Shown: piece after piece, positions 1 through 11,108 of the stretch
How the letters are laid out: each line of letters opens with the position of its first letter
Numbering within the stretch: position 1 is the stretch's first letter
Assembly: GCA_964016885.1 (NCBI GenBank)
Contig: OZ024741.1
Span: forward strand, 298,530,001 to 298,594,000
Origin: Eledone cirrhosa
Lineage: Eukaryota
Direction of reading: 5' to 3'
DNA length: 64,000 nt
Translations under genes and position numbers: made by a program
Notes under the pieces: model-generated
The model's database searches: none
What the model saw: the letters and a program-made list of their open reading frames with translations, nothing else
What the model was told of the DNA's origin: nothing

Positions 1-297
1 TTTATAGTGCTTGCTGAGGAGATCAAAATGCGTTATTTTCTTCCACTTTTTCATTATTCGAAACATATTTGGATTTTAAGGTTTAAACCTGTCTACGGAA
101 CAGGTTTGATTTTGTCCAAGCACTACGGCCATTGCCAGTACAATTTGTTTTTGTTGATTTATGATGTATTATCTTAAGTCATGATAGGCAAACTGTAATA
201 TTATTATTAGTATATTTCTATCTAGCTAACTTGGTCATTTACAATACAAACATAAATATGAGGATATTTGTGTTTATCAAATATATTGATTTGTGTT

Positions 298-369
<72 letters not shown>

Positions 370-371
<2 letters not shown>

Positions 372-498
372 AGTAAGTAAGACCCCGACGGCTGAGCTCA
401 AGCCGTTTCGACGGCTAATTCTGTACTGAATTAGCCGTCGAGTACAGAATTAGCCGTCGAAACGGCTTGAGCTCAGCCGTCGGGGTCTTACTTACTCC
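370..498. repeat. Fold-back inverted repeat between (AT)n tracts, carrying the 3' half of a hammerhead motif
   Basis: ggagtaagtaagaccccgacggctgagctcaagccgtttcgacggctaattctgtact is followed by its reverse complement; it contains GAAA-CGGCT/AGCCG-TC but no CUGANGA. Confidence 0.8.
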
Positions 499-577
499 CA
501 TTTCCCACTCTACTACCCTAAGTATTGAGTACTTTGGTGCGTTATGGTCCACCTGGTTCCTTACCACTTTTCCCTCG

Positions 578-723
<146 letters not shown>

Positions 724-724
724 G

Positions 725-755
<31 letters not shown>

Positions 756-768
756 TTATATATATATG

Positions 769-815
<47 letters not shown>

Positions 816-816
816 G

Positions 817-884
<68 letters not shown>

Positions 885-899
885 CATATATATGTCTCA

Positions 900-1055
900 T
901 TTGAAATAATACAGCCAATTTTCCACGCAATACTTTTAGTTAGCACCCCGAACATATAATTGGGAATATAATCACTTATTTCCTAATGTTTGTTGAGTGA
1001 GTTGGAATTTGGCCGGAGTATCGCTAAAAATCTTTCTCCGATATTGTATTTATTT
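900..1055 (+). repeat. Interspersed repeat; second copy at ~58930-59080
   Basis: aaataatacagccaattttccac...ctaatgtttgttgagtgagttggaa is present at both sites, each beside (AT)n. Confidence 0.8.
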
Positions 1056-1156
1056 ATATATATATATATATTTATTAAAATAACAGATTAAAGTTTAAGC
1101 AAAGAATCGCTGCTTTCACCCTTAACGGGTGAAAAATTTATTATATATAAATATAT

Positions 1157-1972
1157 AATGAGACTATTTTGAGTTAGAAACTCAAAATAGTCTCATTACA
1201 GTAAAATTAGCTCTAGGAAAAGGTTTTTCCGAGCCGTATAGTATAACTGAACAAAAAAGAAAAACGAACACAGACATACATGTATGCGTTCAAATCGTAA
1301 TGGACCAGAAACGCTAAGGTGAAAAAAATACTAACTACAGATAATAGATTTTGCTAGACTCAATTTAAGAATAAATCAAGAAAAATAAATACAAACCAGT
1401 ATTGTGGTGACTACCCATCAACTGGACGGTTTTTGATGGAACCGTTTCGCAATATTATTTGTGAAGAGGTATATCAAATTCTTAGCTCATCGGCGGATGA
1501 AGAATTAGAATCCTGATCACTTCTAAATAAAATAAAGAACTGGATAGTGTGTGTATATGGTTTCCGAACTTAACGCGTCACGCAGACTCACGTCACTAAA
1601 CATGACAGCCGTGTCTACACGACAATTGAATTAGCTCTACGAATTAACGGAGCCAAATATATGAAAAGCATGTGTTGAGTTAGAAACTCAAAATAGTCTC
1701 ATTACAGTAAAATTAGCTCTAGGAAATAGATTTTTCCGAGCCGTATAGTATAACTGAACAAAAAAGAAAAACGAACACAGACATATACATGTATGCATTC
1801 AAATCGTAATGGATCAGAAACGCTAAGGTGAAAAAATACTAACTACAGACACTAGGGTTTCCTAGACTCAATTTAAGAATAAATCAAGAAAAATAAATAC
1901 AAACCAGTATTGATTTGAACGCAAACATGTATAAGTCTGTTTTCTTTTTTCTTTTTTGTTCAGTTATACTAT
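1157..1972 (-). mobile_element. PLE pseudo-LTR-like cassette: ~506-bp-period direct repeat, short terminal inversions, HHR-like motif
   Basis: 1171-1403 repeats at 1677-1911; 1913-1972 is an inverted copy of part of the unit; HHR-like motif at 1416-1499 (-). Confidence 0.65.
1416..1499 (-). ncRNA. Degenerate type I hammerhead motif
   Basis: Reverse complement reads CCGAUGA...GAAA-CGGUU/AACCG-UC; U4 is changed to C and stem I is imperfect. Confidence 0.45.
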
Positions 1973-1980
1973 ATGAATAA

Positions 1981-2093
<113 letters not shown>

Positions 2094-2168
2094 TAAATAT
2101 ATATATAAATATATATATACGTGTGTGTGTGTGTATGTAGATAATTACATACATGCATACACACACAC

Positions 2169-2206
<38 letters not shown>

Positions 2207-2607
2207 ATATAATTGCTTGCTTGTCTGTAATGTAATACAGCCAAAAGGGCGCATAATCGGGAAATACTTTGAAAGGAAGTTCACACTGAAATGGGATACA
2301 AATGGAATAAAACAAGTTTCGCGTAAATCGGAGCATGGATTCCCGAGATGTGGGGTTTTTCGGGGTACCTTCATAAACAGAGAGAGGGAAAGATAGAGGG
2401 AAAGATAGACAGAAAGAAATAGTGGTTGTGAGAGAATAGATTGAAAGAGAGACATATAGAGAGGGAGAGGAGACAGAGAAGGAGAATGGAACAGAGAGCT
2501 GGTGGTGTTGTTGTGTGTATATATATATATGTGAGTGTATGTGTATATATATGTGTGTGTGTATGTCTGTGTGTATCTATGACCAGTGTATAAAAGCCCA
2601 GACACCT

Positions 2608-2684
<77 letters not shown>

Positions 2685-2685
2685 C

Positions 2686-2777
<92 letters not shown>

Positions 2778-3072
2778 ATAACGAAACGAAATTAAATTTC
2801 GTTTCATTTGTAACTCACTTTTGTATGACTGACGCTTAAACAATTAAGTTAAAAATGTACATCTACATATGCATACTGAAATACTAGTGTGTATATGAAT
2901 ACACACACGTATACATATGTAGGTGTACCAAGTCTTTCACTGGTCGCTTTACAGTGAGCGGCCGAGCTATTCTGTATGTAAACACACAGACAAACCGGTT
3001 TTTAGAGTCATACTGGTTTTTCGGGGGAACAGGGGAACACCTTCCCTCTATTCTCTAGAAAGCCAGACAAGG

Positions 3073-3117
3073 AATATTGAACTAGTTTCGTTGTTGTTAC
3101 AACTCATCAGCAATATT
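3073..3117 (-). ncRNA. Minimal type I hammerhead ribozyme, unit 1
   Basis: Reverse complement: AAUAUUG-CUGAUGA-GUUGU aaca ACAAC-GAAA-CUAG-UU^CAAUAUU; stems I and II perfect, stem III palindromic. Confidence 0.9.
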
Positions 3118-3548
3118 TACCTATCTACCGGCCTTTCTGGAGAATTGTAAAAGCACATATCGTTATATGCTTTTTCTATGAAAATTAGTAGTGGGCAGAC
3201 TAATTTGCATAGAGTGTGAGTACGCACCGGTTCAGCGGAGACGATAAAAACAAATAACGAAACGAAATTAAATTTCGTTTCGTTTGTAACTCACTTTTGT
3301 ATGACTGACGCTTAAACAATTAAGTTAAAAATGTACATCTACATATGCATACTGAAATACTAGTGTGTATATGAATACACACACGTATACATATGTAGGT
3401 GTACCAAGTCTTTCACTGGTCGCTTTACAGTGAGCGGCCCAGCTATTCTGTATGTAAACACACAGACAAACCGGTTTTTAGAGTCATACTTGTTTTTCGG
3501 GGGAACAGGGGAACACCTTCCCTCTATTCTCTAGAAAGCCAGACAAGG

Positions 3549-3593
3549 AATATTGAACTAGTTTCGTTGTTGTTACAACTCATCAGCAATATT
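3549..3593 (-). ncRNA. Minimal type I hammerhead ribozyme, unit 2
   Basis: Identical to 3073-3117. Confidence 0.9.
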
Positions 3594-4024
3594 TACCTAT
3601 CTACCGGCCTTTCTGGAGAATTGTAAAAGCACATATCGTTATATGCTTTTTCTATGAAAATTAGTAGTGGGCAGACTAATTTGCATAGAGTGTGAGTACG
3701 CACCGGTTCAGCGGAGACGATAAAAACAAATAACGAAACGAAATTAAATTTCGTTTCGTTTGTAACTCACTTTTGTATGACTGACGCTTAAACAATTAAG
3801 TTAAAAATGTACATCTACATATACATACTGAAATACTAGTGTGTATATGAATACACACACGTATACATATGTAGGTGTACCAAGTCTTTCACTGGTCGCT
3901 TTACAGTGAGCGGCCCAGCTATTCTGTATGTAAACACACAGACAAACCGGTTTTTAGAGTCATACTGGTTTTTCGGGGGAACAGGGGAACACCTTCCCTC
4001 TATTCTCTAGAAAGCCAGACAAGG

Positions 4025-4069
4025 AATATTGAACTAGCTTCGTTGTTGTTACAACTCATCAGCAATATT
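4025..4069 (-). ncRNA. Hammerhead motif, unit 3, with GAAA changed to GAAG
   Basis: Plus strand reads actagcttcg instead of actagtttcg. Confidence 0.75.
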
Positions 4070-4430
4070 TACCTATCTACCGGCCTTTCTGGAGAATTGT
4101 AAAAGCACATATCGTTATATGCTTTTTCTATGAAAATTAGTAGTGGGCAGACTAATTTGCATAGAGTGTGAGTACGCACCGGTTCAGCGGAGACGATAAA
4201 AACAAATAACGAAACGAAATTAAATTTCGTTTCGTTTGTAACTCACTTTTGTATGACTGACGCTTAAACAATTAAGTTAAAAATGTACATCTACATATGC
4301 ATACTGAAATACTAGTGTGTATATGAATACACACACGTATACATATGTAGGTGTACCAAGTCTTTCACTGGTCGCTTTACAGTGAGCGGCCCAGCTATTC
4401 TGTATGTAAACACACAGACAAACCGGTTTT

Positions 4431-4875
4431 TACAAACGAAACGAAATTTAATTTCGTTTCGTTATTTGTTTTTATCGTCTCCGCTGAACCGGTGCGTACT
4501 CACACTCTATGCAAATTAGTCTGCCCACTACTAATTTTCATAGAAAAAGCATATAACGATATGTGCTTTTACAATTCTCCAGAAAGGCCGGTAGATAGGT
4601 AAATATTGCTGATGAGTTGTAACAACAACGAAACTAGTTCAATATTCCTTGTCTGGCTTTCTGGAGAATAGAGGGAAGGTGTTCCCCCGAAAAACCAGTA
4701 TGACTCTAAAAACCGGTTTGTCTGTGTGTTTACATACAGAATAGCTGGGCCGCTCACTGTAAAGCGACCAGTGAAAGACTTGGTACACCTACATATGTAT
4801 ACGTGTGTGTATTCATATACACACTAGTATTTCAGTATGCATATGTAGATGTACATTTTTAACTTAATTGTTTAT
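4431..4875 (+). repeat. Inverted copy of the 476-bp unit closing the array
   Basis: Reverse complement of the unit, with a small deletion near 4680. Confidence 0.93.
4602..4646 (+). ncRNA. Minimal type I hammerhead ribozyme in the inverted unit
   Basis: aatattg-ctgatga-gttgtaacaacaac-gaaa-ctag-tt-caatatt. Confidence 0.9.
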
Positions 4876-4882
4876 ATATATA

Positions 4883-5185
4883 TATATTTAAATAATTAAA
4901 ATATACACAAACATTTTATACATGTCTGTGTATATTTTAATTATTTAAAATTTATTTTTAAGTGAACATGATTAAAAAAGATATTTTGAAGTAAACGTGA
5001 CTCAACGGGTGGTCTATATATATATATAGTTGTCTATATATATATATATGTACTTGTCCATACCACACTAATTTGGACTGCCTGATGAGGTCACTGCCAA
5101 AGATGGCTGTCACTGAAATATATATATAGCAGTAATAAACGAAGCTAAATTTTAATCATTTGACTTTTATTTAACTTTATTTTAC
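4883..5185 (+). repeat. HHR-bearing repeat; direct copy at ~6901-7360
   Basis: 4883-5014 matches 6901-7032 and 5048-5185 matches 7222-7360. Confidence 0.85.
5077..5133 (+). ncRNA. Type I hammerhead motif with (UA)n stem III
   Basis: actgc-ctgatga-(imperfect stem II)-gaaa-tatatata-ta-gcagt. Confidence 0.75.
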
Positions 5186-5325
5186 ACTACTCCGGAGTAA
5201 CCAAACTAACCTGCGCACTTCGGCGAGTGCTCCAGCCTGCATACTGAGGTGTTGGTATACAACCAACATAAACTCAAAATCTCTCTCTCTCTCTATATAT
5301 ATATATAATACACACTCACACAGTC

Positions 5326-5365
<40 letters not shown>

Positions 5366-5397
5366 AGATCAAAAGATGGTTAAAGGAGTTCCATGTA

Positions 5398-5464
5398 TTT
5401 TATTATGCGCATTTCAAAAACAAACATCATCATGCAATAATATTTGTGTTTTCATCAGATAAAA
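5398..5464 (-). ncRNA. Type I hammerhead motif, left arm
   Basis: Reverse complement of 5588-5654. Confidence 0.75.
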
Positions 5465-5587
5465 CAGGAGAACATGATATGAAGGCTAAAAAACACTTGT
5501 GGATAGTGCAGTTTTAAATCAACATATGTTGATTTAAAACTGCACTATCCACAAGTGTTTTTTTAGCCTTCATATCATGTCCTCCTT

Positions 5588-5654
5588 TTTTATCTGATGA
5601 AAACACAAATATTATTGCATGATGATGTTTGTTTTTGAAATGCGCATAATAAAA
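5588..5654 (+). ncRNA. Type I hammerhead motif, right arm
   Basis: ttttat-ctgatga-aaaca...tgttttt-gaaa-tgcgca-ta-ataaaa; palindromic stem III. Confidence 0.75.
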
Positions 5655-5779
5655 TACATGGAACTCCTTTAACCATCTTTTGATCTTATATATTATGTAT
5701 ACTCCAGTCCTACAAACTGTAGAGTGCTTCTTATCCGATATCTGCATTGCTTTATTGTACTACAATAAAACTCACCTCC

Positions 5780-5900
<121 letters not shown>

Positions 5901-6093
5901 TTATATATATATTTATATTCATATATATATATGTGAAGGCAGCGATTTTTGCTTAAACTTTAATCTGTTATTTTAATAAATATTTGCTCTATGGTTTTAT
6001 ATACTTGATATATATATTATCCTTATCGAGCCCTCTTCGGATTTTAGCCTTCACAATTATTATTATTATTAATATATATATATCCACATTTTA

Positions 6094-6217
<124 letters not shown>

Positions 6218-6221
6218 CACC

Positions 6222-6332
<111 letters not shown>

Positions 6333-6474
6333 ATACTTTGGGAGGGTCATGTTGCCAATAAGAAATGCACGCACCAGTTGCTTTCACTTCAATTTATTAT
6401 AATAAATTTATAAATTTAGGAATTTATAAATTTCCGGTTGGTTGGTTCCACAACCAGATGGTTGTTTATATATT

Positions 6475-6517
6475 GTCAAAGTTCTTTCGTCACACATTCT
6501 GTGACCTCTTCAGTGAC
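6475..6517 (-). ncRNA. Type I hammerhead motif, left arm
   Basis: Reverse complement of 6641-6683. Confidence 0.8.
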
Positions 6518-6640
6518 TGGGGATTCTTTTCTTTGTTTTTGTGCCTTTCCTTTGTTCTGTCCTACGCCATTTTCTTTCAGAAACAAAATGGCGTAGGACA
6601 GAACAAAAGAGAGGCACAAAAACAAAGAAAAGAATCCCCA

Positions 6641-6683
6641 GTCACTGAAGAGGTCACAGAATGTGTGACGAAAGAACTTTGAC
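6641..6683 (+). ncRNA. Type I hammerhead motif, right arm
   Basis: gtca-ctgaaga-g-gtcac agaatgt gtgac-gaaa-gaac-tt-tgac. Confidence 0.8.
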
Positions 6684-7028
6684 AATATATAAACAACCAT
6701 CTGGTTGTGGAACCAACCAACCAACCGGAAATTTATAAATTCCTAAATTTATAAATTTATTATAATAAATTGAAGTGAAAGCAGCTGGTGCGTGTGTTTC
6801 TTATTGGCAACATGATCCTCCCAAAGTATAACAATATCGGTTTCAACACATGTTTTCAGATAAAGAATCTTGCTAAACAAATTCAGAAACGAAATATATA
6901 TATATTTAAATAATTAAAATATACACAAACATTTTATACATGTCTGTGTATATTTTAATTATTTAAAATTTATTTTTAAGTGAACATGATTAAAAAAGAT
7001 ATTTTGAAGTAAACGTGACTCAACGGGT

Positions 7029-7142
<114 letters not shown>

Positions 7143-7252
7143 TCCAGTTCCTCAGAGATATAACAACCTAACCAGGAACTGGAAATATCAGAGTATTGAC
7201 AAAATTATACACCTCAACAACATATGTACTTGTCTATACCACACTAATTCGG

Positions 7253-7307
7253 ACTGCCTGAAGAGGTCACATCCAAAGATGGCTGTCACTGAAATATATA
7301 TAGCAGC
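7253..7307 (+). ncRNA. Type I hammerhead motif, paralogue of 5077-5133
   Basis: actgc-ctgaaga-...-gaaa-tatata-ta-gcagc. Confidence 0.7.
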
Positions 7308-7670
7308 AATAAACGAAGCTAAATTTTAAACATTTGACTTTTTATTTAACTTTATTTTATATGTATATATATATATATATTTATGATACTTTGCGTTAAG
7401 CTACGGAAAGGAAAGTCTGTCTATATTTATTTGTTTTTTACTGTCAGTCATCATTAATTCTCATCCCCTATATAATGAGGAAGACAACATTACATCTGCT
7501 TTAGGAAGATAGAAAAGGCAGCAGCAGCAACAATTGCAGCAACAACATCAAACAACAGGTTTGTCAGAAGATAGTTGTTACATAAAATCATAAAATCTCT
7601 ATTGATCTTTGTCAATGCACACATACATATACACATACACACAAATACACACAGACACACATACCCCCCC

Positions 7671-7701
<31 letters not shown>

Positions 7702-7755
7702 TATATATATCTTTAGAATCCAGATAAAAAGATTGCGAAAAGTGAATATTGTCGC

Positions 7756-7854
<99 letters not shown>

Positions 7855-8371
7855 TATTTCTGCCGATTCTTCATTCCTATCTTTGCATGAGAAAGCAATA
7901 ATGGAAATGTGCCTAAGGAAAAAAAAAAGAAAATGAAAACGACGGAGAAAGTGTGAGTGTGTGTTTGTATGTTTATATATGAGAGAGAGAGAGAGAGAGA
8001 GAAAGAGAGACACAGGATGTGAGAGAACGGGAGAGAGAGAGAGAGATAAGGTAAGCTAAATATTGAAAAAATAGAAAAAAATAGATAAAGAGAACATTCT
8101 TTTTGAAAGAATTATATATATCATATATACACATGTATGTATATATGTTCTTCTGGTTTTATAATTTCACAAAGTTTTACCAATAGAGAGAGAGAGTCGG
8201 TTTCTAACATAGACACAAGACTCTCTCATTGGAATTTACACAACATCAACTAGGTAGATATGTATGTATGCATGCATGTGTAGATATGGATGTTATTGTA
8301 TGTGTGGATGTGTATGTTTTGAGTTGTATGTGTGCATGTGTATATGCTTTGTATCTGTACATGTGTATATG

Positions 8372-8553
8372 CAGTTATTAGATGCAAAATTTTTGGAATA
8401 TTTTATATGTTTTTAATTTTGACGTGTAGACAACGTGTGAAAAATTCACTTCTCGTGTTTAGGCAATCACTATTACGCAATAGTGATTGCCTAAACACGA
8501 GAGTGAATTTTTCACACGTTGTCCACACGTCACCAAACATCTATTGCATAACT
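8372..8553. repeat. Imperfect fold-back inverted repeat (centre ~8476)
   Basis: ctcgtgtttaggcaatcactatt / aatagtgattgcctaaacacgag, extending outward. Confidence 0.85.
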
Positions 8554-8725
8554 ACAAGGCTCCGGACTGATTCTTTGTAATTTTATTTTTAATTTTTTTA
8601 TTTTATTTTCAACCTAAAACTTTCCGGACTTACACCCAGTCTAGTATTGCCTGTGTGAAGTGACCGTGTTTCTGCGCATGTGCGTTCGTACGGTTGTCCT
8701 TCCTGTTCCTATAACCATACACATC

Positions 8726-8765
8726 CCGAGCTGAAGATCCGCGAAGGTGAAACAATTGTTCTCGG
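8726..8765 (+). ncRNA. Minimal type I hammerhead ribozyme
   Basis: ccgag-ctgaaga-tccgcgaaggt-gaaa-caattg-tt-ctcgg; perfect stem I, palindromic stem III. Confidence 0.85.
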
Positions 8766-8791
8766 TATGGTGAACTAACTGTTGTGTAACC

Positions 8792-8875
<84 letters not shown>

Positions 8876-9077
8876 GAAAGGAAATTGAAAATGCAACAAT
8901 GCAACTGGAGCTTTTAAAAAATATTTATTTACTTTACCGATTTCACAGTTGTTATGATTTTTAAAAGTAAAATTGAGATGGAGGGTTTGTGTTTCTTGGG
9001 TTGGGTTGTAACGTCATTATGCGAAAGTCCGATGAGTGTTTGATTTTGGAGTCGGGCCCGATATATATACATATTTG

Positions 9078-9170
9078 ATATAGAAATGGCTTCTACAGGA
9101 CTAGAACTGTTTCATTCGGGAGAAATCATAAGGAAGCCCCTGAATGAAACAGTTCTAGTCCATTTCTATA
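9078..9170. repeat. Short inverted repeat with an HHR-like 3' half
   Basis: ggactagaactgtttcattc / gaatgaaacagttctagtcc. Confidence 0.7.
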
Positions 9171-9544
9171 TTATATATTAAATATTTATTCTCTGCTATG
9201 TATTGAGGTATTGAATACCTTACTTACTGTGGTTACCCCCGATTGAACCCGAGATAAACATATATATATATATATTCATCGTTTTTGTATTTGTTTTGCA
9301 AAATTTCTTATCTGAAAACATGTGTTATAGTTCGTTCAGTTTAAAATTTGATTTAAATATTTTAATTGATGTAAGTAGAGGATTCCATTATACCCGGTGA
9401 TTTAAACGACACATCGCTAAAGTGATACAAATAAATAAACTCCAGCGTAAGTTAGGATAGAAAGAAAAGGTAAAAATACTTTAGGGTTGGTGAGAGAATT
9501 TTAGAGGAACTCCTTATTTCTCGATGTTTAGTTGTTTGGACAGG

Positions 9545-9690
9545 AGTTAGACAAAATAATTTGAGGTATTTGTTCTGATGATTTACGTTTGAGTTCAAAT
9601 CCGACCGAGGCTAACTTTGCCTTTCATTCCTCCGGCGTTGTTCAAATAATATATGTCAAATACTGCGATTGGTATAATCAACTTCTTCCT
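9545..9690 (+). mobile_element. Degenerate tRNA-derived SINE
   Basis: gagttcaaatccgaccgaggctaactttgcctttcat matches the copies at 34700-35960. Confidence 0.65.
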
Positions 9691-11108
9691 CTAACCTACC
9701 TACTTTCTGCCTAAATTAAAAATAATTGTTACTTCTATTTAGCCACAGTTTAAATCTGATTGAACAGACATATTTTCAAAAGCTTGCCAGTCAAGAACTT
9801 GCTATCTTTATTTTAAATTCCAAGCACAATATATCTAGAAGTAAACTGTCTGATCTGTCGTTACACTTTCTAAAGACGTTAAGGCGTTCTTTATGTTGAC
9901 TGTTATTCTTAATAGGTTGGTAGAAATATCAGTAGAAATATCAGTTTTAATTGTAGTCGAGAAATTGAAGGGAAAGGCTGACTCTTCGAAGTTGAAAAAA
10001 CAGTGATGAAGCGTTTCATTTTACTGTTTAATCAATGTTGGCCCGAACGCTTTCAATAGAGTACACCTCACCAAAAACTCACAAGGGTATATGGTGGTGT
10101 TAAACCGAGTAACAGGTGTAGTCTGTCATCTTAGTAGGCCATAACGGGATTTAAACTCAAGCTGTAAAGAACTCTCAGGTACCTCGTTCGACTTCCTAAC
10201 TATTCGGATAATGTATCTCACAGGACTGCTACTTTATTCTATTGAGCCTGTAAGGTTGAAAGAAGAGTTGATCTCACCGCGATTTGAACTCAGAGCTGCT
10301 CTGAGACACGGAAGAAATACAGCAAAGGTTTATATTCTACGGTCTAAAGATTGCCAATTTACTGCCTAAAACCGAATTGCTCTCCCCTACACAATTCTCA
10401 AGAAGATTCGCGTGACACAGTGTGTGATAAAGTTGGCCAATTGAATAACAGGTACAAATCACTTTTGCTAGCTGAGGACACAAAGATAGAATGCGCCATC
10501 GGGGATCGAACTCACAGCCTTACAATCGTGAGCAGAACAACAAAAGCAACAGCTCTGGAACCACTGCGCCATCGCTCGACCTGCCTAAAATGTCTGCCAA
10601 ATCGTCTTCCCTTCACATGCTAGTCTTGTAAAAAATAAGGACAATTAGACAATGTATCCCTAGATAACTTCCAAAATACTGGAAGGTCATAGCTGGAGTG
10701 CTTTGATCAAAAGTCTGCTCGATCAGAACTAACCTGGTGTAAATAACAGCAGCTAAAGAAGAAGTCTTCGTATGGTCACCTGACTGGCTGGAATTAGAAA
10801 TCACACCTCCATCAATCCATACTCTACTGTCTAAATAAAAGATATGTTTCTTTTATTTGCCACTAGGGCATCAAAAATGGGACAAGTACAAAGGGGGGAG
10901 TTTACACAAAAAGGCGTCCTCAATAAGGAGGAGGCAATAACAAAATATAAAAATAAAATAAGATATAACAAAAAATAAAATTTATAACAAAATCCTCAAT
11001 AGAGAGGAGGCGCCTTGGGGGGTCGCACACACCCCCGAAAAAAGTGTGCAACCCTTCTCCTCAGGAGCACAGAGAAGGGGTGCTACCTTGGTCTTTCATC
11101 TTCCTCAC

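Larger units (their letters stand above)
2773..4430 (-). repeat. Tandem array of 476-bp units (~3.5 copies), one HHR per full unit
   Basis: Near-identical sequence recurs with 476-bp offset (track ORFs start at 2923, 3399, 3875, 4351). Confidence 0.95.
5356..5696. repeat. ~340-bp near-perfect palindrome (centre ~5526), HHR in each arm
   Basis: Arms are reverse complements around aaatcaacatatgttgattt. Confidence 0.93.

Noticed and set aside
10-75. ctgagga...gaaa hammerhead-like spacing
   Set aside because: No convincing stems I and III
2923-4602. Repeated 75-aa ORF in the 476-bp units; CRISPR-like periodicity
   Set aside because: GTG start, no recognisable domain, antisense to the HHR; whole units repeat with no unique spacers and no cas genes
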